Below, in pieces: positions 56,007-64,000 of a stretch of DNA of 64,000 nt. The notes below the pieces were generated by a model. The model was not told the DNA's origin and searched no databases. It saw nothing but the letters and a program-made list of their open reading frames with translations. Source of the stretch: an uncultured Acidobacteriota bacterium (GTDB taxonomy: Bacteria > Acidobacteriota > UBA6911). The stretch's first letter is position 1, and every line of letters begins with the position of its first letter. The position numbers and the translations under genes were made by a program. The stretch lies in the NCBI GenBank assembly GCA_963827655.1, contig CAWHCF010000008.1, positions 178,346-242,345 of the forward strand, read 5' to 3'.

Positions 56007-56239
56007 GGGTTCGCGCAGAAATAAGTTCGCATTCTGCTGCAGGCCCCCAGGCCTGCTGGCGAGGCGCGAGCGACGATGCGTACCCGGTGCGGTACGTGAG
56101 GAGCGAGCGACAAAGCCAGCGGGCCTGCGGGCCGCAGCCCGAAGGGGCGCGATCCTCAGCGTGCTTAGCGAACAGAAACCGGTTCATGATGAACCGCCGG
56201 CTTTCGCGCCAGAATGTGAAGTTATTTCTGCGCGAGCCC
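56007..56239. mobile_element. MITE (233 bp), 30 bp TIRs, TAA target duplication
   Basis: GGGTTCGCGCAGAAATAAGTTCGCATTCTG vs reverse complement GGGCTCGCGCAGAAATAACTTCACATTCTG (27/30); TAA on both flanks. Confidence 0.85.
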
Positions 56240-56256
56240 TAAGTACCGCGGTTCAT

Positions 56257-56360
56257 AAGCTGCCGCACTCCAGGGGCGCGCCTTTTGGAGTGCGCAAGCT
56301 GGCTTGCGTCTTGTGCTGCGGCAGCTAGCGGCCGCGCCCACGGAATCGCAAAACTCCAGC
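56257..56360. repeat. REP-like cluster (GGAGTGCG/CGCACTCC family)
   Basis: GCTGCCGCACTCCA and TGGAGTGCGCAAGC; related units near 40782 and 45983. Confidence 0.6.
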
Positions 56361-56394
56361 GCAAGTCGTCGAAGGCGGTAGCGTTGACGATTAA

Positions 56395-57495
56395 TCAGAG
56401 TATAAATGGAAGTACGATCGAGATTGCAATCAGGAGGATGATAATCCACTCCAGTACTTCAAGGCGTCTCGTGGAAACCCGATGATAGATTTTCTCGTAG
56501 ATGCTCTCGAGCGTCTCGAGTTTCCGCATGATACTTGCATCCCATTCCGCCAGGTGAAAGCGCTGCGAAACCAGCCGGTACATTCGAGCCAGATATTGGT
56601 CACCGAGCAGTTTCAGAGCGTTGTTCACACCTTCAAACAAGATTGCGCTATCGACCTGCAGTTGAGAGATCCTGCGCATATCGGTGATGGCAGAGCCTGA
56701 CAGCACGCTCCATCGCTTGGCCAGCGCTTCGTAGGCTCTGCTTAAGGCATCGTCAAGGGACTGATCGAGGTGTCGCATCTCCATCAATTCGACATTTGCG
56801 AATTCCAGGACGGCGCGCAGGTCAGCGCCGTTCGAGTCGATCATGAGCGTGGCATTCCAGTCGATAACCATGACGTCATGCGTTCCATATGAAATCCGGC
56901 ATGACAGTGCATCGTTGATTTCTTGAGCGGATAGTGTTTGCCGTTCGGCTCTCAGGATTTGAGCAACTTCCAGGGCATGGTTTATGCAGAGATCGTCCAC
57001 GCCTGCTGTCCTATTGAATGATTCGATTTGAAACACGACATAGTCTTCAACGGAGTCGGCAATGTAGGGGCGGCGCACCGCTCTCCGAATAACCTCGAGC
57101 AGGCGCTCGAGTCGCTTTCGCGAATCGGAGAGCAACGTGGCGTTGTCGTAGAGACTCTCGCTCAGAGACAAGAGTCCTGAGAATGGTCCTTCAAGGGAAA
57201 TGGTGTAAAGAATCGACACGGCGCCGAAATCGTACAGCACCAGATCGACTACAGGTCGAGTCTGCCATTGTGCTATCGGTAAAGGGTCGGCGGTTTCGCT
57301 GATGCGCAAAGGGGCAGGATGATACTCAAAGTAGTTGGGAGCCCGGTGCTTGTGCTTGATGGTCTCCCGCTGCTTCGTGGTCGTGATGCAGCGGTCGGCC
57401 TCATCCAGATCAATCGATATCCCCACGTCGTAGGCGAAGAGAATGTAGCATGTGCCCTTCGCGACCGTCAGGGTTGTTACCGGCGCTTGTGACAT
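56395..57495 (-). CDS. RMD1/DUF155-like protein with C-terminal TM
   Basis: YDFGAVS, LEFANVEL.EMR.LD..LD, RLEVLEWIIILLIAI. Confidence 0.7.
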   Translation of the reverse strand: MSQAPVTTLTVAKGTCYILFAYDVGISIDLDEADRCITTTKQRETIKHKHRAPNYFEYHPAPLRISETADPLPIAQWQTRPVVDLVLYDFGAVSILYTISLEGPFSGLLSLSESLYDNATLLSDSRKRLERLLEVIRRAVRRPYIADSVEDYVVFQIESFNRTAGVDDLCINHALEVAQILRAERQTLSAQEINDALSCRISYGTHDVMVIDWNATLMIDSNGADLRAVLEFANVELMEMRHLDQSLDDALSRAYEALAKRWSVLSGSAITDMRRISQLQVDSAILFEGVNNALKLLGDQYLARMYRLVSQRFHLAEWDASIMRKLETLESIYEKIYHRVSTRRLEVLEWIIILLIAISIVLPFIL

Positions 57496-57891
57496 CGCAA
57501 GAGTCCCGTTTTCATCTTATCTGCGCGGGCGCCGGACGAGTATGGAAAAATTGCCTGCGAGGTGGGTTAACTTCGAGCGGCCTCAAAACCGGAAGACTTG
57601 GCTGAGGGATCGCTGCTCCTCGGAGTTTCGCAGTAGTGGTCCCGGTAAGCCCGTCCGGTCAAGACAGCCAGGGCAAGCTCGAAGCGCAGGATCGCCACCA
57701 AGCGCAGCGCCAGGGCCGAGCCTCGCCGGATCCACGAGGGAGTATCATGGACGAGCCAGACCGCTCGACCCGCGACCAGCCGCGTGCGTAGCTCCATCAA
57801 TGGGCCACGGCTCGTCGTGTTCGAGAACGTAGATTACGTGAGCGCTATCCAGTAGGATTTCTCATAGGACAGTGGGGGGACCACTCATACC

Positions 57892-57948
57892 GCATAACGA
57901 CAAAGCTCAAAGGCGCGCCGCTTGCGTTGCATCCCTGCACGTTTAGCC
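57892..57948 (-). other. Degenerate attC-like site
   Basis: Minus strand GGCTAAAC...GCGGCGCGCCTTTGAGCTTTGTCGTTATGC; right half attC-like, left half decayed. Confidence 0.4.
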
Positions 57949-57949
57949 C

Positions 57950-58030
57950 TGACTCGACTTTCAACGTAATTGACGAACGCTGAGCAGACCACAAGAAAGA
58001 ACTTGGCATCCTCCGGTAGGGGCGAAATAA
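57950..58030 (-). pseudogene. C-terminal fragment resembling AbiJ-related proteins
   Basis: EDAKFFLVVCSAFVNY motif recalled from AbiJ-like C-termini; no intact gene. Confidence 0.4.
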
Positions 58031-58123
58031 CGTCCGTAGCCAGTCGTAAGCAGCAAGTGATCAGCAGTCGCAGGTCACTCAGCACAGTTCACCGGACGCG
58101 CTTTTATCTAGTGCTACTCCCGC

Positions 58124-59176
58124 CTACAACTTCGCGCAAACCGAATCCGGTACAGTCACCGTAACCATCGCCTCGAGCGGGTAGTGATCGGAACAGTTAT
58201 AAGTCTTGTCGTGGTGTTGTATTGTCAGACCGCCGGTAATGACATCGATGGCCGTCACAGAGCACGTCATCGTCCCATCGGAACTGTCCGCATGAAAGAA
58301 GTAGTCAATACGAGTCGAGCCTGGTAGTGGTGTAACGTTATTGAAATGCTGCCAAAGAGTGTTCGAGGCTGGAACAATCGTTGGTCCGGGGTCGCCCAGT
58401 GGACCTGAAGCCGCTTCGGCGGCGGCATCATGCAGGCTAGTTCCGTTTAGTAGCGTATTCGTGACCGCCTTAGTGTACTCACCGTTGAGATCATCGGCGT
58501 CAATATTGAGATCGCCAAGCAGGAAAACCCCAAAAGATCCATTGTCGCTTCTGAACTTGGAGATGGCTGACGCAAGAGTAGTGAAGGCGCATTCTACGTT
58601 TGGATACGTGTTATATGCAGTCGGCATATGGGTTGTGAAAAATCCAAACGAGTGAGTCTTCCCGCTGTTAGACGAACAAGGGAAATCACATGTCGTTTGG
58701 AGAAATCCCTTCGCGACAGGCTGATCTTGAGAATTCCAGCCCTTAGGGTCGGAACAATTGGTCATGTAGTTTAATGCGCCCGAGTCGTGGAACTTACAGG
58801 CAGGATCAGCGAGAAGTATCAATCCTGATGGATTGAGAATCACGTATTCCAACGCCCTTATGCCGTCCCAGTCGCAATAGACCGGACAATCTCCAACTGA
58901 AAGATAGTAGCGACAGTTGTATGAACCATGGTGCGAAGAATCCACGCCTTCTGTGATACTCGACTCCGATCCTTCGACGTAGTGCCTCCACCACACTTCC
59001 TGTAACGCAGCGACTTGGATGAGACCGCCCGCCGAATATGGCTGTACGTGTTCCAGATATTGGCGGATGACTCCCTCCCTTTTTCCATCTTCGTACAGCG
59101 GGCCGATATTTAACTTGGAGGGGTCACCGAACAGATGACAGTTGTAGGTAAAGAGGTGGAAATTCGTGGTGCACAT
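58124..59176 (-). CDS. Endonuclease/exonuclease/phosphatase (sphingomyelinase-like) protein
   Basis: TYN, LQEVW, SGL, KG, TTH, GDLN, RIDYFF, SDHYP; AAGGAG RBS; visibly lower GC. Confidence 0.85.
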   Translation of the reverse strand: MCTTNFHLFTYNCHLFGDPSKLNIGPLYEDGKREGVIRQYLEHVQPYSAGGLIQVAALQEVWWRHYVEGSESSITEGVDSSHHGSYNCRYYLSVGDCPVYCDWDGIRALEYVILNPSGLILLADPACKFHDSGALNYMTNCSDPKGWNSQDQPVAKGFLQTTCDFPCSSNSGKTHSFGFFTTHMPTAYNTYPNVECAFTTLASAISKFRSDNGSFGVFLLGDLNIDADDLNGEYTKAVTNTLLNGTSLHDAAAEAASGPLGDPGPTIVPASNTLWQHFNNVTPLPGSTRIDYFFHADSSDGTMTCSVTAIDVITGGLTIQHHDKTYNCSDHYPLEAMVTVTVPDSVCAKL

Positions 59177-59350
59177 GAGGATTCTCCTTTTGGACGTGAG
59201 TGAGTTGAAGCGCAAGACCTAGGTGGCACGGGAAACGCGCGACGCGCGCCTAGGATAGACTAGCAGGATAGGTTATTCGAGGAAAAAAGGGGCGAAATTG
59301 AACCTCTACAAGGTACAATCGGCCAGCTTGGTCGGCGAAAGGAGACCCTA

Positions 59351-60418
59351 ATGATAGGAACAAAGTCGGCAGCGGACCCGGCGGCCGTCATACATAGCGT
59401 GATTGACCGGTATCGTGTGGACGCGTATCCGCCGGCGGTCTCGGTAGCTTTCTACCAGGGGGGAAATGTCCCGGTGGAACTCACGATCGCCAAGGGCAAA
59501 GCGAACAAGGAGACGAACCTTGCAGCGACTCCCGACACCATTTTCGAACTGGGTTCGGTGACGAAGGTGTTCACGTCGACATTGCTGGGATTCAGTCCCG
59601 ACATGCTGGACGAACCGCTTAGCAAGCATCTTCCGGTGCGGGTGAGCAACCCGCAATTGGACGCCGTGAAGCTGAAGTATTTGGCGACACATACTTCGGG
59701 ATTTCCTAGAAACGCACCCGGGAAAGAGGGGTCCGGCGGTCAGTATCTGTTCAATGACAAGACGCCTCCGGAGGATTCGGAGCTGGTTTCTTTGTGGAGC
59801 AACTGGAAACCGGATAGTCCGGGGAATCCATGTGCGCCGTGCGATGTCGGGACGTGCTGGCAGTACTCGAATGTCGGCTTCGTGACGCTTGGGTATGCGG
59901 TTGCGGGCATCGACTACAACACAGAACTGCGCAACAAGATCACGGATCCGCTGGGGATGAAGGCGACTGGGGCGATCATCCCGGACGGTGCCGCGGTGGC
60001 GCTGGGATATCTGAAGGACGGATGCCACGCGAAGGCGACGGCCGCAGATCTCAAGTCGTCGGGAACCGACATGCTGACGTGGATCAAGGCGAATCTGGGC
60101 GCGCTGAAGATGCCCGATAGCCTGTCGGCTGCACTGGGCGGAACTCACAAGACGTGGTTCAAGAAGTCCCAGCAGTGTTCGAAGGTGCCCGCGATCAAGT
60201 TCGATATGGGGCTTGCGTGGCAGATACGTACGCTGGGCAAGTCCTCGTACATGATGTGGATCAAGGACGGCGAAAGCGGGTCCGGCGATCAAAGCTGCTG
60301 GATGGGATTCATTCCCGAGAAACAGATCGGCGTGGCGGTGCTGACGAATGGCGTGTGCCCCGAGAGGCCTCCGGCATGGGCGGGTACGCAGATCTTGGAG
60401 CAGGTGTTGGGCGCTTAG
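59351..60418 (+). CDS. AmpC-like serine hydrolase
   Basis: FELGSVTK (SxxK), LATHTSG, YSN, KDG in place of KTG, GVAVLTN. Confidence 0.88.
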   Translation: MIGTKSAADPAAVIHSVIDRYRVDAYPPAVSVAFYQGGNVPVELTIAKGKANKETNLAATPDTIFELGSVTKVFTSTLLGFSPDMLDEPLSKHLPVRVSNPQLDAVKLKYLATHTSGFPRNAPGKEGSGGQYLFNDKTPPEDSELVSLWSNWKPDSPGNPCAPCDVGTCWQYSNVGFVTLGYAVAGIDYNTELRNKITDPLGMKATGAIIPDGAAVALGYLKDGCHAKATAADLKSSGTDMLTWIKANLGALKMPDSLSAALGGTHKTWFKKSQQCSKVPAIKFDMGLAWQIRTLGKSSYMMWIKDGESGSGDQSCWMGFIPEKQIGVAVLTNGVCPERPPAWAGTQILEQVLGA

Positions 60419-60472
60419 TGTCTGTCATTCAGACCGCTTCGACGCATCGAGGTGATGGTTTCTTCTTTGGTC

Positions 60473-60632
60473 TCACTTCCGCAGTGCCGGAACCAATCCA
60501 TACCGCGCCATCACCACAAGCAGCTTGGTCCAGTCGGGTGCTCCACCGACATTAACAACCGCAGCCACATCACGAAAGTACTGAGCACCGATGTCCGGCG
60601 TCAGAACGATGAGCGCCCGGGCAAGCTCATTG
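60473..60632 (-). pseudogene. C-terminal fragment of a cupin-type protein
   Basis: ARALIVLTP...YFRDVAA...GGAPD...MARYGLVP without N-terminus. Confidence 0.5.
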
Positions 60633-60925
60633 GCGCTCTCGCAACGCTTCGTTGACCAGCCGGAACTCAAAGTACTTCAGGTATCGCAGTCACCATGGAT
60701 CGGTTCGGAATTGCGCCGCTGGTCCCCGACGCAAAATGGTTCTGATCCACCAGCGCGACCTGCAGCGGAACGCCCGACATTTCTGCCCGGAGGGCGAAAT
60801 CCCGCGCCGTTGATCCCGCTGCCCAAGATCAGAACGTCGAACTCGCGCCGGCGCAGACGACCGATCCACTCTTCGCGGCTGCCCGGCTCGAACGCAAAGC
60901 ATGGCGCGACTGCCATCCTGCTCAA
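60633..60925 (-). pseudogene. N-terminal fragment of glycerol-3-phosphate dehydrogenase (GlpD-like)
   Basis: FDVLILGSGINGAG, then across frames VALVDQNHFASGTSG, IHG, LRYLKYFEFRLVNEALRER. Confidence 0.7.
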
Positions 60926-60999
60926 TCATACGAAGAGCCGCCGCAGTTCCACTCCGAGAACGGAACCCTCGGCTTTTTCCGGCAGGTCCGAGCCAATCT

Positions 61000-61599
61000 T
61001 CACTTGTTCGAACCGCCACGGATAGAGCCAGGCACAATATTGAAATTGGTGCGGAAGTTTGGGCACCCAGTGACATTAAAGCCAATAGGACCGCCTTGGG
61101 CGTCACCGGCCGCGCCGCTGAAGCGGCCTATGCCACCCGTCACCGCAGTAAAAGCGAGCGATGGAGCTTGGCCCTGGAGGAAAGCGTAAGTTTCGGTAAT
61201 TATCGCCGATCGACCCTGGTCCAGGATAACGTACCCGGTGCCGAAGTCGCCAGGTGCTGAACTGTAAGGCCGGGCAATCTCGGCCGGCAACGGGAAGGCA
61301 TGGTGGCCGCGCACGAGCCAATCGCCGATCGGCGCAACACCGTTGACGGGTAGCGTCGGATCGTTAGATGCCATTCCAGAGGGAAGCGTCCCGACCGGAA
61401 ACAGCTTGCCATTAAGAATGAACACGTCGCCCCGATTAAATCCGCCGGCAGCCGTGCGACAGTCGACCGCGAGATCGACGCTAATAACGTGGGCGGCTCC
61501 GGACTCATCTTTAGGGCTAAAGCCGCGCACTATCCCGGTCAGACCCGCCAGGAGGACCAAGGCTGAACCCAAAATGGTCGTCTTCGTGATACTTTTCAT
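61000..61599 (-). CDS. Secreted protein with dirigent/allene-oxide-cyclase-like C-terminal motif
   Basis: Signal peptide; RGDVFI.NG; AVTGGIGRFSGAAG; AGGAG RBS. Confidence 0.65.
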   Translation of the reverse strand: MKSITKTTILGSALVLLAGLTGIVRGFSPKDESGAAHVISVDLAVDCRTAAGGFNRGDVFILNGKLFPVGTLPSGMASNDPTLPVNGVAPIGDWLVRGHHAFPLPAEIARPYSSAPGDFGTGYVILDQGRSAIITETYAFLQGQAPSLAFTAVTGGIGRFSGAAGDAQGGPIGFNVTGCPNFRTNFNIVPGSIRGGSNK

Positions 61600-61740
61600 A
61601 TTCTTCTCCTTAATGTTCAGAGGTTTACCTGATGAGCAGCAGCGTATCTCGCAGAGGCACCCGAAGTATTGAAGGCTGGATGATAAAGCGATGAAAAAAT
61701 ATCTTCATACTGATGAAAGTTCCGTCAGCATCGAGCGAGG

Positions 61741-63998
61741 TTGGATCGGGTGAGCGACCCTGCGCCGCATTCGGGAGAAAGACTCCGCCGCCAATACTCC
61801 TTTGGCGGTTTCACTTTGGACGTTGACCGTAGAGTCCTTCGGCGCGGCGATGAGGAAGTTCCGCTTCGGCCCAAGTCGCTCGACGTCCTGATTCACTTGG
61901 TGGATCACCACGGCCGCGTGGTAACGAAGGACGCCCTTATGGACGCGGTCTGGGCGGATATAGCGGTCACGGAAAATTCGCTGGCTCAATGTTTGGTGGA
62001 AATCCGGCGAGCTTTGGGCGATGATTCACAGCAGTTGATCCAAACCGTCGCCCGCCGCGGCTATCTGTTCAGCGCGTCCGTCACCACGCCGGCAATAGAA
62101 TTCCCGCATCAAGCGCCCCTCGCTCCGGAGCGCCGTCCACTGGCAGTGCCGGCTTTCGCGCTGGGCGCCCACATGTCAATCCCGGGCCGGTGGGCCTGGT
62201 TCGCGCTGCTGCCGTTGCTGCTGGTCGCGGGTTTCGTCGCCTGGCGGACCTGGCGCGCAACGGACAGTGCAGAGCCTCTCCGAGCCGTCCCGCTCACCGC
62301 GCTACCCGGAGCGCACCGTTATCCCTCGTTTTCCCCCGACGGTAATCACGTAGCCTTCACCTGGACCGGCCCGAAGCAAGACAATCAGGACGTCTACGTA
62401 CAGCAGGTCGGCTCCGGTACTCCGTTACAGCGGACCAGCGATCCCCGCATGGACTACAACCCGGTCTGGTCACCCGATGGCCGTTGGATTGCCTTCTTGC
62501 GCCGTCAATGGGAAGCCGGGACGAGTGAACTGCGGCTGATCCCGCCACTGGCCGGAACGGAGCGCAAACTGGCCGATATCCGCATAAGCAACACCTACGG
62601 CGTCGCCTCCGCCGTACCTGGCCTGGTGTCCGGACAGCAAGTGTTTGGTTATTGCGGAGTCGCCGGACGAGGGCAAGCCCGCCGCTTTGTTCGTGCGTCT
62701 GCTGGAGTCCGGCGAGAGACGGGCGTTGACTCATCCGCAGTTCCCTGCCATTGGCGACACCAGCCCGGCGGTCTCTCCCGATGGCAATTGGCTGGTTTTT
62801 CGCCGCCACACCAGCCTCCACGGCAGTGAGCTTTATCGGCTTCCCCTGGGAAAGGACTCCGCGTCTGGGGCTTCTGCTGAGTCCGCCGGCCTGACCGCAG
62901 TGGGCAAGCCTCAGCCACTCACCACGGCGACGATGGACGCTGGCTATCCCACGTGGACTCCCGCCAGCAAAGAGATTCTTTTTTCTGCCAGAGGAAGTCT
63001 TTGGAGACTGCTTGTCCCCGGGAAAAGCACACCGGGGCGACTGCTTTTCGCGGGCGAGGACGGGACGATGCCGGTGGTCTCGCGCTTCCAGTCCGGGCGG
63101 GCTCGTCTGGTCTACGTTCGCAGTTTCCAGGACACCAATATCTGGCGTGTCGAGGTTCCTGCTCCTGGCACGCCGGCCTCCGCGCCGCCTGCTGTCGCCA
63201 TTTCCTCAACGAGAAGGGACTCCACCCCGCAGCTTTCACCTGACGGGCGGCGCGTCGCCTTCGTATCGGATCGCTCGGGAGCGTGGGAAATCTGGATGGC
63301 TGATCCGGATGGGTCCAATGCCGACCAGCTCACTTTCATGCGGGCGGCCAGGCGCCCCCTGCTGGTCTCCCAACGGTGAACGCATTGTGTTCCAGTCCAA
63401 CCCCGAGGGACAGTATGACATCTATGTGATCCGCGCCGCGGGCGGTAAGCCTCAAAATCTCACCTCTCACCTGGCCAGCGATTGGCGACCCAGCTTCTCC
63501 CGGGACGGCCATTGGATCTATTTCACCTCGAACCGGACGGGAGAGCATCAGATATGGAAGATTCCGGCATCGGGCGGCGATGCCCTGCCGGTGACAAACA
63601 ACGGCGCATTCGCAGCCTTCGAGTCACCCGATGGCGCTTGGCTCTACTATAACCAGACGATGGAAACACCGAGCCCTTTGTGGCGCCAGTCAATCTCCGG
63701 CGGTGCTCCGATCAAAGTGCTGGACGGAGTTGTCAGAGGCGCCTTCACGGTGCTCGACGGAGGCATTTATTATGTCGACCGTCCCTCGGCTGAGGGAGGT
63801 CTTCTCTTTACCGACCAGCCCTCAGGTGAGACACGGCTTCAATACTTCGATTTCGCGACGCGCAGGACCGCAACAGTGGCTCGAAATCTCGGCAACGTGT
63901 TCCTTGGCCTCACTGCATCGAAGGACGGACGCACAATCCTTTATTCCCGCGTGGACTCCTCCGTGGACGAACTGATGCTCGTGGACAACTTCCGATAA
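61741..63998 (+). CDS. CadC/ToxR-like wHTH-TM-TolB beta-propeller regulator; frameshifts near 62610 and 63350
   Basis: FGGFTLD...LRPKSLDVL...IQTVARRGY; TM; repeated SPDG PD40 units across three frames; ends LMLVDNFR*. Confidence 0.88.
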
Positions 63999-64000
63999 CC

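Noticed and set aside
57567-57832. Small ORFs upstream of the RMD1-like gene
   Set aside because: No family motif recognised; cannot support a call
59348-60292. 314 aa minus-strand ORF
   Set aside because: Antisense shadow of the serine hydrolase

Overview
Chromosomal window of a bacterium that looks like an Acidobacteriota member (16S signatures, ADOP permease, Oar-like TonB receptors, CadC/TolB fusion). Several otherwise intact genes carry single-base frameshifts, which points to an indel-prone long-read assembly. It holds a complete rRNA operon (16S-tRNA-Ile-tRNA-Ala-23S-5S) and a cimA operon preceded by an unannotated Ile-rich leader-peptide attenuator. It also holds a B12 mutase with isobutyryl-CoA mutase signature residues, a double ECF-sigma/anti-sigma cluster with back-to-back ECF-type promoters, and a lexA-small ORF-DnaC-like operon with an inverted-repeat operator and downstream DnaA-box-like sites. 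An 11 kb locus couples peptidoglycan-sugar recycling genes (namZ, MurK-like kinase, murQ, nagA) with glcDEF, lysA and a GNAT. The right end has a TonB/TAT glycan locus and a decayed accessory region with a MITE, REP-like repeats, an attC-like site and gene fragments. All calls are from reading the sequence; no database searches were run.
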